From the IMG/VR virus record IMGVR_UViG_3300034102_002101, positions 1-64,000 of that record: DNA of 64,000 nt; one strand, written 5' to 3'. The notes under the pieces were generated by a model, which ran no database searches, was not told where the DNA came from, and worked only from the letters and a program-made list of their open reading frames with translations. The first letter of the stretch is position 1, and every line of letters starts with the position of its first letter. The position numbers and the translations under genes are program-made. This DNA is from a virus. Below, piece by piece: positions 40,149 to 50,225 of the stretch.

Positions 40149-40946
40149 ATGCACATCCACGAAAAGATTAAGTCTATAATAGATAGAAGGTTATTGAAGA
40201 ATTCTAAGTTTACAATTAATGACGTAACTATAATATGTCTAAATGCGGATGATTATAATATTTTTATAGAATACGAAAAAGAAAATAATCCAGATTTTAT
40301 AGAAACTAACCCAGAATTTCTTGGTAAGAAAGTTGTACTGTCAAATTCCAATGGAGCTTCCAGAGTATACTTCACAGTAAAAAGTTCAAATAAATCTATT
40401 GGTGTAATAGGGACTGCCGGAAGAAAGGACGACGAATCAAAATTAGGGGTTTTGGAATGGGAATTTATGGTAAAATCTTGTGGGAAGCTAATAGAATCGA
40501 CATGTTCTAACATATTAGTTTCTGGTGGTGCTGCTTGGGCGGACCACGTTGCTGTGCATATGTTCTTAAATAACCCCACCAAACTTAAACTAATTCTACA
40601 TTTACCTGCTGAGTTTGAAGATGGTAAATTTTCAGAATCTACTCCGGACGGAAAAACTGCAAATTTTTACCACAAGCAATTCAGTGAGAAATTAGGGGTC
40701 GATAGTCTAGCACAAATAAAAGAAGCGATACGTTTAGGCTGTGACGTATCATATTATGGTGGATTTAAAATAAGAAACCTATACGTTGCCAGAGATTCCG
40801 AATTAATGCTGGCATTTACATTCGGCGATGATAAGAATCTAAAAGACGGTGGTACTAAGCATACTTTCGAAGAATTTCTAAGAAAAGAAATTAGGGGTTT
40901 GGGTTTTCATGTAAACCTAAATGACCTTTTAGCATACGTGTTTTGA
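40149..40946 (+). CDS. SLOG/DprA-like Rossmann-fold protein
   Basis: IGVIGTAGR, LVSGGAAWADH, RNLYVA, GGTKHT. Confidence 0.65.
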   Translation: MHIHEKIKSIIDRRLLKNSKFTINDVTIICLNADDYNIFIEYEKENNPDFIETNPEFLGKKVVLSNSNGASRVYFTVKSSNKSIGVIGTAGRKDDESKLGVLEWEFMVKSCGKLIESTCSNILVSGGAAWADHVAVHMFLNNPTKLKLILHLPAEFEDGKFSESTPDGKTANFYHKQFSEKLGVDSLAQIKEAIRLGCDVSYYGGFKIRNLYVARDSELMLAFTFGDDKNLKDGGTKHTFEEFLRKEIRGLGFHVNLNDLLAYVF

Positions 40947-41041
40947 TATACGAAGTAATACTTGAATCACCGGATGTTTATTTTGTTATATTATTAATAA
41001 ATACCGATTTATTATTATTCATTATATTTATACGTAGCGTA

Positions 41042-42199
41042 ATGAAATCATACAATGTCAAGATAATATTTAAGACAGAAGAAGATAAACAAAAACTTCT
41101 TAAAACTCTTTCTCTTCAAAGAGATGCGTGGAACATAGCTTCCACGCATCGATTTGGTATGAAGAATGGGGAAATTAAAGTTCTCCATGACTTATCATAT
41201 TACGATATAAAAAATAAGATTCAAACACTTCCTTCTCAATATATTATAAAATCTATACGAGATGTAATTGCTGCCTATACCACGATAAAGAGTAATAGAG
41301 TAAAACTAGATGAAGCTGCTTCTAAGAAGCAGCTTTCTTGTCATTTAGACAAGAGATTGTTTAACTGGAGGAATAAAGAAAGAACCACATTCTCAATAAC
41401 AACATATAACAAAAGAGTAACATGCTCAATCGAATATTACGATAAGTTAAAGGAGTTTAGTCTATCAGATATGATTGATCCATCTATATTTGTAAAAGGT
41501 GGAGAAATTTACTTGACACTAATATTTGACGAAAAACAAAGACCATTGTTTAAAGAATCTACCAATTCTGTAGGAATTGATCTCGGTATCAGAAGAATAT
41601 TTTCAACGAGTAAGGGTGATATATTAAAAGATAAGAAATCGTTGAAGATCAAACGAAAAATTCGTTTCCTAAAACGAATTTTGCAAGCAAAGTCAACTTT
41701 AGGTTCTAAGAGTTCAAGGAAACACTTAATTAAACTTAAAAGAAAAGAGCAAAATTTTAACAAAAATTGGACACATAACGTTGTTAATAAAGCACTTTCG
41801 TTGAACAATGATTGTTCAACATTTGTTATCGAAGATCTAAAAGGGGTTAAGAGAACAAAAGGATACAAGAAACAAGGAAATATGAAATCTCAATGGAATC
41901 CATTTGAGTTTCGTAGAATTTTAACTTACAAGGCACAAGCTCTAAACAAAAGAGTGGTAACGGTTAAACCATACTTAACATCACAACTTGACCACCGTGG
42001 TCAAGTTGGTGGAATAAGAATTGGATGTAGGTACAAAGCAGGTGACGGAGTTATGTTGGATGCGGACGTAAACGCCGCAATCAACATACTCAACAAATAC
42101 CTCAAACACCCCAACTCGTGCCTTACGGCACTTGATGGGCAGGTCCGAGTCAACGGACCATATGAAAGAGATAGTTTATCTTTCAAATCGAACAAGTAA
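41042..42199 (+). CDS. tnpB: TnpB (IS200/IS605/IS607-type RNA-guided nuclease), no transposase nearby
   Basis: RuvC I GIDLG, RuvC II VIEDL, LTYKA, TSQ, RuvC III DADVNAAINI; ATG 41042. Confidence 0.88.
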   Translation: MKSYNVKIIFKTEEDKQKLLKTLSLQRDAWNIASTHRFGMKNGEIKVLHDLSYYDIKNKIQTLPSQYIIKSIRDVIAAYTTIKSNRVKLDEAASKKQLSCHLDKRLFNWRNKERTTFSITTYNKRVTCSIEYYDKLKEFSLSDMIDPSIFVKGGEIYLTLIFDEKQRPLFKESTNSVGIDLGIRRIFSTSKGDILKDKKSLKIKRKIRFLKRILQAKSTLGSKSSRKHLIKLKRKEQNFNKNWTHNVVNKALSLNNDCSTFVIEDLKGVKRTKGYKKQGNMKSQWNPFEFRRILTYKAQALNKRVVTVKPYLTSQLDHRGQVGGIRIGCRYKAGDGVMLDADVNAAINILNKYLKHPNSCLTALDGQVRVNGPYERDSLSFKSNK

Positions 42200-42217
42200 A
42201 AATTGTTGGTAGTTGAC
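42100..42217 (+). ncRNA. Putative omegaRNA scaffold overlapping the tnpB 3' end
   Basis: Hairpins GTGCC/GGCAC (42118-31), GGTCCG/CGGACC (42142-59), TGAAAGA/TCTTTCA (42163-85); loop GTCAAC complementary to terminal GTTGAC (pseudoknot); ends GTAGTTGAC; 5' boundary uncertain. Confidence 0.7.
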
Positions 42218-42261
42218 AAGTTTACGTTTTTTAACGAATTTATTATATATTTATATAATAT

Positions 42262-42693
42262 ATGAGAAATACAATGATCGGTTTATTAATTTTTGGAGCT
42301 ATTGGGTTAGTTCTTTTATCTGTATATGATAATAATTATAGCTATAATAGTTTACCGAGGAAAGTAGCTATACATTCAAAATCAGAGATTAAGTCTATGG
42401 ATGGTGTTTTTGCTATATTGGGAACAGGTTCCATGGCACCATACATTAAAGGTGGAAACCCTACTGCTATAGTTGCTTATGCTGCAACGGATAAGAATAT
42501 TAAGTTTATTGGATTACGTAAACAAGATCTGGTAATTTATAGAAATGGTAATAGCTTTATTATTCATCAGTTGGTCGGCAATGACTCTGCTGGATGGATA
42601 GTATCTGGGTATAATAACAAATTTTATGATTCCGGTAGAGTTACCGAAGAAAACTTTGTTGGTAAGGTTGTTCTTGTGTATGAATTGGAATGA
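42262..42693 (+). CDS. S24/S26 signal-peptidase-like membrane protein
   Basis: N-terminal TM, GTGSMAP, DLVIYR, IIHQL, SGYNN..YD. Confidence 0.65.
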   Translation: MRNTMIGLLIFGAIGLVLLSVYDNNYSYNSLPRKVAIHSKSEIKSMDGVFAILGTGSMAPYIKGGNPTAIVAYAATDKNIKFIGLRKQDLVIYRNGNSFIIHQLVGNDSAGWIVSGYNNKFYDSGRVTEENFVGKVVLVYELE

Positions 42694-42755
42694 ACACAAA
42701 ATAAACGGATAATAACTAAAATATTACCATATTTATTTGCATAACCTAGACACAA

Positions 42756-43616
42756 ATGATTTATAAAAAAATAGCAGATTTCCCAACAAAGTCAATAGGT
42801 TCATATACTGGAAATGAATTACTACTGATATCCGATACTGTTTACAATGCGAAGATAAAAACATCGGAATTAAAACAATTTTTCTTGGAAAGTGCTAGTT
42901 ATATAGCTAACTCCGGAAATATAAGCATAAAGGCAGGTATTAATGGTACCGAAAGTGTGAATTTTTCATCGAGCGTAAACATCACCGGAGATGTTTCTAT
43001 TTTAGGGGTTTTGAATGTAACTGAGGTAAACCAGATCAATGTCTCGGATTTATACGTTAGAGATAAGCTGATAGTATTAAATTCTAGTGGTAGTAATTTG
43101 ACTGCTACTGGTAGCGGTATTACGGTCAGTGGAAGTTCCGGGACAGTGTCTTCTGTATTGTTTGATCCGGCTTTACCATCTAAATGGAAAATAGATGGGA
43201 AACAAATTGTTACCGTATCTGACGCTCAGACATTAACAAATAAAGTATTAAATTCTACACAAATTACCGGTAGCGTTACTTTATCCGGTTCTTTAGATAC
43301 GTTTGGTATCAGGAATATTAAGTTCACCTCACTATCCGGTGCCAGTCCAGTTGTGCCACTTACTAATGAGTATGTATTGCTAAATTCGTCAAATGGTACC
43401 GCTAGTTTAAGTCCATGCGCAGGAATGACTGGTAGGGTAATAACAATAAAGAATCTAACACCCGGTGATTGTATGATATCGGCTAGTTCTGGTGAGCTTA
43501 TAGATAGAGAAAATTCATACACATTGGAAATGGATGATGCTATACAATTTATAGGTTCGGCAAGTGTTTGGTATACGTTCGCATACTCACCAGCAAGCGA
43601 AGTCATAATCACGTAA
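42756..43616 (+). CDS. Virion structural/fibre-like protein
   Basis: VRDKLIVLN, QTLTNKVL, GRVITIKN motifs typical of fibre proteins. Confidence 0.7.
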   Translation: MIYKKIADFPTKSIGSYTGNELLLISDTVYNAKIKTSELKQFFLESASYIANSGNISIKAGINGTESVNFSSSVNITGDVSILGVLNVTEVNQINVSDLYVRDKLIVLNSSGSNLTATGSGITVSGSSGTVSSVLFDPALPSKWKIDGKQIVTVSDAQTLTNKVLNSTQITGSVTLSGSLDTFGIRNIKFTSLSGASPVVPLTNEYVLLNSSNGTASLSPCAGMTGRVITIKNLTPGDCMISASSGELIDRENSYTLEMDDAIQFIGSASVWYTFAYSPASEVIIT

Positions 43617-43622
43617 TATCTT

Positions 43623-43919
43623 ATGAAGTTGATTGATTTACTATTCGAAAATGTTACCAAGGATCTCTACCAAGATTCTATAAGAAACGCATTACCAAAT
43701 TATAAGGTATCGACGAGTAAAAGCGGAGATAGCGACTTTATAACCATTAAAATATCGGATCTATTAGATAAACCTATCGGTGAATATAAAAGGTTTATAA
43801 CTAACGCAACACTCAACAAAACACACAATTGTAGTGGCGATATAAAGTCAATCGTAGATAAACACGATATCGAATTTTCAAAGAAACACAAATTAAGAAT
43901 AACCGGAGAGAATAATTAA
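43623..43919 (+). CDS. Hypothetical protein
   Basis: MKLIDLLFE start. Confidence 0.6.
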   Translation: MKLIDLLFENVTKDLYQDSIRNALPNYKVSTSKSGDSDFITIKISDLLDKPIGEYKRFITNATLNKTHNCSGDIKSIVDKHDIEFSKKHKLRITGENN

Positions 43920-43924
43920 AAACC

Positions 43925-45241
43925 ATGAGTGGAATCCCAATTTATACATTACCAGAAAAGACCGAACTAGATCAGTTAGATTATATTCCGGTTTCTAGTG
44001 ACACACAAACTTCCAAAGTAACTCCGTATAATTTTAGAAAGAACATGGATAAGACAGTATCGTTGCCCACAACAAGCAGCGTATCGGCAGATGATTATAT
44101 AAAGGTTGATAGTTTCACATATGGAACAAGAGCATTGAGAGTAAGAAATTCGGTAATATATAGCGCAATGACAAGTACGACAGCAGCATTTAATGAACTG
44201 GTACTTGGCTCTGACTTGAGGATGACAAACGCAAGAGTTCCGTTACCTCATTCCCATTCGATAACGAATATGACGGATTTTGATCCCGCCAACTACATAA
44301 CGAATTCTAGATTAGGTTTACCGAACGGTATTGCCCCCCTCGATTCAAGTAGCCTAGTACCATCTACATATTTACCACCATTTCCAATAACTAACATACC
44401 AAGCGCAAGTGGGATATTCTCGAACGCAGTTAACTTAATATCCGATAATAATGTTCAGGGAGCAATTGATAAATTATCAAATGCTGCTTATATACTAATA
44501 AATTCAGCATCTGCTGGTGTCACAGGTACCACTAATGTACAGGGAGCACTTGGTCAAAAGTTGAGTTTACTAGGTGGGTCTATGACTGGTTTACTCGTAG
44601 CACAAGCAAACAACTTTAGGATAGGTGCCAATGACTTAATAGCAATATCGAATAATATAGGAATAGGAACATCCACACCAACTACAAAATTAGACGTTGC
44701 TGGTAACATAAAGGGTACCGATTTTATCTATGTCACCTCGAACGGGTTTCCGCAATTTGTATTACAAGACCCGTCTGGTCAAACTAATAGATATGCTATT
44801 TGGAGAGATCCTTCCGATGTTTTATCTATTGGTCCACAAACTACTTCTGGTGCCGGTACCGCAGCGTTATCGATATACAGGGACACACAAGCAACATTTA
44901 GTTCAAATCTGCGGGTTGTTGGTGATATAACGGCTTTTTATTCATCCGACAGAAGACTAAAGGATAACATTAAAAATATAGAAAACCCAATAGACAAGAT
45001 ACGAAAAATTAACGGTGTATCGTTCGACTGGAACGACAAACAGAGTACTCATACTGGTCATGATATCGGGGTGGTTGCACAAGAGATTGAGTCAGTTTTC
45101 CCCGAATTGGTTACGACCAGAGACAATGGGTATAAAGCTGTTAAATACGAAAAGTTGGTCGCGTTATTGATTGAGGGAATCAAGGATCTACAAACGCAGA
45201 TAGATGAACTGAAGCGGGATGATATATCACGTTGTCCGTAA
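43925..45241 (+). CDS. Tail fibre with C-terminal intramolecular chaperone (peptidase S74)
   Basis: IGIGTSTP..KLDVAG; SSDRRLKDNI...GVSFDW...GVVAQEIE..PELV...VKYEKLVALLIEGIKDL. Confidence 0.9.
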   Translation: MSGIPIYTLPEKTELDQLDYIPVSSDTQTSKVTPYNFRKNMDKTVSLPTTSSVSADDYIKVDSFTYGTRALRVRNSVIYSAMTSTTAAFNELVLGSDLRMTNARVPLPHSHSITNMTDFDPANYITNSRLGLPNGIAPLDSSSLVPSTYLPPFPITNIPSASGIFSNAVNLISDNNVQGAIDKLSNAAYILINSASAGVTGTTNVQGALGQKLSLLGGSMTGLLVAQANNFRIGANDLIAISNNIGIGTSTPTTKLDVAGNIKGTDFIYVTSNGFPQFVLQDPSGQTNRYAIWRDPSDVLSIGPQTTSGAGTAALSIYRDTQATFSSNLRVVGDITAFYSSDRRLKDNIKNIENPIDKIRKINGVSFDWNDKQSTHTGHDIGVVAQEIESVFPELVTTRDNGYKAVKYEKLVALLIEGIKDLQTQIDELKRDDISRCP

Positions 45242-45319
45242 ACGCTTCCATACACTAACTAACCACAATCGACTCTAAGCCCAGTAAGCTTTCTTTGTTA
45301 AAAATAGGATATAAATGTA

Positions 45320-45347
45320 TTGACATTATAGATAAATTTATTAATAT
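45320..45347 (+). promoter_or_regulatory. sigma70-like promoter (TTGACA-N16-TAATAT)
   Basis: Intergenic upstream of 45363. Confidence 0.6.
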
Positions 45348-45362
45348 ACGATCAATAAAATT

Positions 45363-45884
45363 ATGGCAGCCGTACCACCAACAGGACAAATCAGTGTATC
45401 AGATATTATATCTGCCGCGAATGACCAATATGCAACACCGGACTTTTCTACAAATGTTAGTTTATCTGCCTTGAGAGCTAGGCTAAAATTAGGTCAAAGT
45501 AATGTTCCGTCATCAAATTTAAACGTTGGATTCTCATCGACCAGAAATTCGCAGTTTATCACATATAAAATAACAGCATACCCAGAGTCCGTATCAACTT
45601 ATGCTACAAATAATAACGGAATAATTGAGGTGGAGATAGATGAGGAAATGCTTGTTGGATATGGGTTAAGCGTAACAGTGTCATTAAGTACGGGAGAAAC
45701 AGAGACGAAGAATATAATAGGTACAGAATCAAATATATTTTCATTAACAGGTCTGAGTGGGGATTCCGTTACCGCACGTACCGTAACTGTCCGCGACAAT
45801 TTATCTGCACATCAAGTATCGGATAGTATAATCGTTCCATATGGTGGAACAACAAATAACGTAGTTTTTAGAAATCGAGCATGA
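45363..45884 (+). CDS. Small virion-associated protein
   Basis: PPTGQISVSDI N-terminus typical of genes following S74 fibres. Confidence 0.6.
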   Translation: MAAVPPTGQISVSDIISAANDQYATPDFSTNVSLSALRARLKLGQSNVPSSNLNVGFSSTRNSQFITYKITAYPESVSTYATNNNGIIEVEIDEEMLVGYGLSVTVSLSTGETETKNIIGTESNIFSLTGLSGDSVTARTVTVRDNLSAHQVSDSIIVPYGGTTNNVVFRNRA

Positions 45885-46576
45885 ATATTGACAACCTAAA
45901 AAAAATATTAAGTACTACAGCAATCACACTGAAAATTAAATCCAGTGGGATTAATGTATTCTGTTTAATGCCCCAAACAATAACTAGCTATTCAAATGGA
46001 ATTGAAATATATGATTATGTTGAGGACAAAAAATATCTAATAACTCAGCACACTGAGCTTGATTTCATATCAACTAAATATTTCTCATACCCGTCCGATA
46101 AGGAATTCATAAATTATGAAGATTTCCATAAAAATAATTCAAGTAATATACAAATTAACAATAATAAAAGCTTATTAACCTTTACTAAAATAAAAGAATT
46201 TTATCAACAATTTAATGATGATGATACATCGATAAACAGACTGAAATTATTGAATCACTTTTGTGATGTTGAAATTTTAAAAAGATTTGGAATACGGAAT
46301 CTGGAAAATTTTTATACCAACCGCAAAGGGTGGATCGATGAAGCCAAATTAAGAGTCACTTCTATGCTAGAAAATTCGATGAATTCTTCGATATCAAAGT
46401 TGAACGACGAAAGAAATTTATATGTGAGTAATAACGACACTTCATCTATCGAGGAAGTTGATTTGGTTATATCATTGATAAAAGAATCTGTCGCGGAGAC
46501 AACTTTCGATGATGTTAATGAACTGAACGACTTTTATAAAGCATGGCCGAGAATTTTATTGCCAACACCATTTTGA
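45881..46576 (+). CDS. Hypothetical protein
   Basis: 231-aa ORF ending WPRILLP. Confidence 0.65.
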   Translation: MNIDNLKKILSTTAITLKIKSSGINVFCLMPQTITSYSNGIEIYDYVEDKKYLITQHTELDFISTKYFSYPSDKEFINYEDFHKNNSSNIQINNNKSLLTFTKIKEFYQQFNDDDTSINRLKLLNHFCDVEILKRFGIRNLENFYTNRKGWIDEAKLRVTSMLENSMNSSISKLNDERNLYVSNNDTSSIEEVDLVISLIKESVAETTFDDVNELNDFYKAWPRILLPTPF

Positions 46577-47259
46577 AAAAATGTATAACAATTTCATGTG
46601 ATGTTGATTATGAGACTTATGCGATAAATTGCGTAAAGTCTATAAGAAACGTTTCGTCTGTTGATGTGATGGTAAGAACCATCGATTTTAAGTCCGAAAT
46701 AATTGAATCGATTTACAATACCACGACCATGGTTGACATGGTTAGATTGTCAACAAAAAAACGGATAAAAAGTAAAATAGATAGATTGGATCTAAACAAT
46801 TGGCGACATAATTTATGTTCGGATAGATCTGTGTATGCATGTCATAGTAGATTTGTAAATGTGATGGAACTATTTAAGAATGGATATGATATGGTATATT
46901 CGATTGACTGTGATTTTGTATTTAAAAAAAATTTTGATTCTCTTTGGTCATTGGAAGGTGATATTTCTATGCATGATCCTTTTGATGATAGTGGATTTGA
47001 AGATGCTATTCTGTATAAAAACACGGATAATTCAATAAAATTTTTAAGATCTGTGAATGATATAATTTCAGAAGATCCATTTTTCTGGGAAAAAGATATG
47101 GAAGCCATACAAAAATCGAAGATGGTGTGCGGGTTAAAAATTTCACAACTTCCTATGATATATAGAGATCATTTATGTTCAGACGATAGTTTGATATGGA
47201 GTGGATATGGAAAGTCTAAATTCAATTCTAATTTTATATATGAAAAAAATTGTAAATAG
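46543..47259 (+). CDS. Putative glycosyltransferase (GT-A, DxD)
   Basis: CDVDY..YA..CVKSI, RF, IDCD, FFWEKD; paralogous to 50226. Confidence 0.65.
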   Translation: MAENFIANTILKKCITISCDVDYETYAINCVKSIRNVSSVDVMVRTIDFKSEIIESIYNTTTMVDMVRLSTKKRIKSKIDRLDLNNWRHNLCSDRSVYACHSRFVNVMELFKNGYDMVYSIDCDFVFKKNFDSLWSLEGDISMHDPFDDSGFEDAILYKNTDNSIKFLRSVNDIISEDPFFWEKDMEAIQKSKMVCGLKISQLPMIYRDHLCSDDSLIWSGYGKSKFNSNFIYEKNCK

Positions 47260-48316
47260 TTATAACGAATGGGATAAATTGGAAGAGGTTATTGTTGGGT
47301 GCGGAATACCAACTAATATACCAGCAATCGATTTTACATTTAAAATGTTTTTTCATGATAACCTGATTGGGATAAACGAATTTAGACACGAAATATTAAA
47401 AAAACATATAGATGAGCACAACGAGGATATAGAATCATTCGCAGAGCTATTGAAAAGTCTTGGGGTAATAGTGAAAAGGCCGAAAGTTCCTGATAAGATT
47501 CACAAGGTGAAAACACATTCATGGAATAGTGAGGTTCACCCATCACTAAATGTCAGGGATTTGACTGTCGTCATCGGAGACGAAATAATAGAAACCCCAC
47601 CTTCATGTAGATGGAGATACTATGAGACAGATTTCATGAAACATCTATTTCTCGATTATTTCAATAATGGAGCTAAATGGACACAAGTCCCAAAACCAAT
47701 TATTACGGACATGTCATTTGATATGTCTTATATCGAGAAAACTGGTGGAATTATAAACAGAAAAGAATCTTATATGGATTGTGGATATGAGATAATGTTT
47801 GATGCCGCTAACATGATGAGATTCGGGAAACATATATTGTTCAATTGTTCAAATGAGAATAGTAGAATGGGAATGAAGTGGTTACAAAGACATTTAGGAG
47901 ATAAACATATTGTCTGGGGAGTAGATATATGCGACAATCACATAGATTCATCTATATTACCACTAAAACCAGGCTTATGTATTGTCACCAGAGAGGATTT
48001 TTGGCACAAATTACCTGCACCATTACAGAAATGGGATAAGATATACATTCCACAACTCAATAGAACTACAGAAGAATTTCATATGCAGGGAATTAAGTTG
48101 GCATCTCCAAGGATCGAATTAAATGTATTTTCAGTATCACCGGAGTTGGTCATTTGCCACCCAAACTATGAAAAAATTCTAAATCAGAAATTGAATCCAC
48201 ATGGAATATCGGCAATTGGATCTAGAATGAGACACTGTGAAATCTTTTCTGGGGCACATCATTGCACTACACTAGACATTAGACGAGACGGAATCATGGA
48301 GGATTATTTCACATGA
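47240..48316 (+). CDS. Amidinotransferase (glycine/inosamine-phosphate amidinotransferase family)
   Basis: VNSYNEWDKLEEVIVG, NVRD, FDAAN, HIDS, GAHHCTTLDIRR (Cys-His-Asp triad). Confidence 0.9.
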   Translation: MKKIVNSYNEWDKLEEVIVGCGIPTNIPAIDFTFKMFFHDNLIGINEFRHEILKKHIDEHNEDIESFAELLKSLGVIVKRPKVPDKIHKVKTHSWNSEVHPSLNVRDLTVVIGDEIIETPPSCRWRYYETDFMKHLFLDYFNNGAKWTQVPKPIITDMSFDMSYIEKTGGIINRKESYMDCGYEIMFDAANMMRFGKHILFNCSNENSRMGMKWLQRHLGDKHIVWGVDICDNHIDSSILPLKPGLCIVTREDFWHKLPAPLQKWDKIYIPQLNRTTEEFHMQGIKLASPRIELNVFSVSPELVICHPNYEKILNQKLNPHGISAIGSRMRHCEIFSGAHHCTTLDIRRDGIMEDYFT

Positions 48317-49263
48317 CACCAAATGAAAGTTATGATATTTTATATCGAAATAGGTACGGTAAATCTTATAAATTTCTTAAAAACTTTAAATCTCACACGA
48401 ACGTTGACCAAATATCACGAGAAATTGACCTATATATCTGCGGGTCAGATTTTGATACTGATTTAGAAAAAGTAACTCAATATTTTTACTTAAAATACTT
48501 TGATAATTTCAAAACATATAATTATGCCGATATAATAAAAAATATAATTACTATAAACTCTAAACAATACGAACATATTGTAAAAAATAAATTCTCAATA
48601 CATTACAAGAGAAATGAGGTGGAGACATTATCTGACATATTTTCTAATAAAAATGTCACTTATAGAACTGTACAAGCAAATCTATCAAGTAAAAAGACAC
48701 ATATAAGAGAATTAGTTTTATATTACAAATGTATGAAAAGTATAAAAATTGGAGAATTTGATCAGATCGATACGTTCCATTTTATTTTATTATATAAAGT
48801 AATAAAGAAATTGATTTTGGAAAAAAAGATACAAACGATTAATGCCGTAAGAATCCTTCCTAGATATTATGGTCATCTTCCAGATATAGTAAATCGTGTT
48901 GCGAAAGATGGGGATATATATTATTCTGACGGAGGATCTAATTTTCCGTCGATAACTTCGATTTTTTCAAACACGGTACATCTACAATGTCAGTCAGAAA
49001 TTCCTGATCTTGAATTTGGGACTATTCCGGTATTATCTTCACCGATGGTGTTTTTTTCCAATTTAGATGAATCAATTAATAAATTTGTAAAACTTCCATT
49101 CAGTTATTTTCCAAGTTCAATTTCAAATGGAGATGCTGTTATCGATGATGAATACTTGAGTTTTGGAAAATTTGAAAATGATAATTGTACAATTGAAGGT
49201 ATATTCAATGGAATTAGAAATATGGTTCTAAATTTGGATGAAATGAATATGGAGAGTTTATAA
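48313..49263 (+). CDS. Hypothetical protein
   Basis: 316-aa ORF, overlapping operon arrangement. Confidence 0.65.
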   Translation: MTPNESYDILYRNRYGKSYKFLKNFKSHTNVDQISREIDLYICGSDFDTDLEKVTQYFYLKYFDNFKTYNYADIIKNIITINSKQYEHIVKNKFSIHYKRNEVETLSDIFSNKNVTYRTVQANLSSKKTHIRELVLYYKCMKSIKIGEFDQIDTFHFILLYKVIKKLILEKKIQTINAVRILPRYYGHLPDIVNRVAKDGDIYYSDGGSNFPSITSIFSNTVHLQCQSEIPDLEFGTIPVLSSPMVFFSNLDESINKFVKLPFSYFPSSISNGDAVIDDEYLSFGKFENDNCTIEGIFNGIRNMVLNLDEMNMESL

Positions 49264-49269
49264 AATATT

Positions 49270-50223
49270 ATGAAATTATTTGACGACTTAAATAATGTTC
49301 AACTATTGTACAAATATATGAAGTTCGATATATTTGAAAAATCCTCCGGTGGCTCAGTAACCCATGGCAAGTCGATAACTATAATAATAATAGATAAATG
49401 TACATTAAATTGCAATTTCTGTCGAGGTGGGATTGACGCTGATATTATCAATCTCCGAACTTCGAATAAGATTATGGATTTCCCTACGTTCGTAACAATC
49501 GTTGATAAATGCATCGAATTTGGGATATGTAAATTTGATTTATCTCCACCAATAGGGGAGCCGTTTATGGACAAAGGAATTTTCGATAAGTTGGACTACT
49601 TAGAAAAGAATAAATCCGTATCAGATATATTGATAACGACTAATCTGACATTATTATCGGAGGATGATCTAATTAGACTATCGAATTACAAAAAGCTGAT
49701 GATTCATATTTCCGTATATGGATGCTGTCCAAATTCATATAAAGAACAAACTGGGAGAGATTTATTTTTAAAATTTAAAAAGAATCTTAGTATTTTATAT
49801 GAGTTTTGTGAATTGAATCCATCAAATTTTAAAATTAGGTTCAATATTCGATGTTTATTGGATTACGAATCGGAAATTTTTCTTGCGTTAGTTAAATTTC
49901 ATTCAAAATTTGGTTTTTTATTGAGGACAAATGAGGTTTCCAACGTTAATAGAGCAGGAAATATAACAACAAAAACTGATCGTAGTATCAATTCAAAGTG
50001 TGGGATATGTCCATATGGACCAGGAAGCGGAGGTGGGATTGATCAGTATGGAAATCTTCTATTTTGTCCGTTTAACGATATAAAAAAGGTTGGTGTAGTT
50101 GGTAATGTACTTGACATGTCAATCTCAGACATATATGATGGCGAAAAATGGAAGTCTGTAATAGAAAACCACAAAAACAATCGATATGTTGGGATATGTT
50201 CCACATGTGATGAAAATTTCTAA
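49270..50223 (+). CDS. Radical SAM protein with SPASM/Twitch domain
   Basis: CTLNCNFC, GEPF, TTN, C-terminal C...GN....CSTC. Confidence 0.9.
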   Translation: MKLFDDLNNVQLLYKYMKFDIFEKSSGGSVTHGKSITIIIIDKCTLNCNFCRGGIDADIINLRTSNKIMDFPTFVTIVDKCIEFGICKFDLSPPIGEPFMDKGIFDKLDYLEKNKSVSDILITTNLTLLSEDDLIRLSNYKKLMIHISVYGCCPNSYKEQTGRDLFLKFKKNLSILYEFCELNPSNFKIRFNIRCLLDYESEIFLALVKFHSKFGFLLRTNEVSNVNRAGNITTKTDRSINSKCGICPYGPGSGGGIDQYGNLLFCPFNDIKKVGVVGNVLDMSISDIYDGEKWKSVIENHKNNRYVGICSTCDENF

Positions 50224-50225
50224 CT

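Noticed and set aside
40943-42199. Cas12f-type CRISPR effector
   Set aside because: No repeat-spacer array nearby; omegaRNA-like end overlaps the gene, fitting TnpB; the TTG start at 40943 is an unlikely extension
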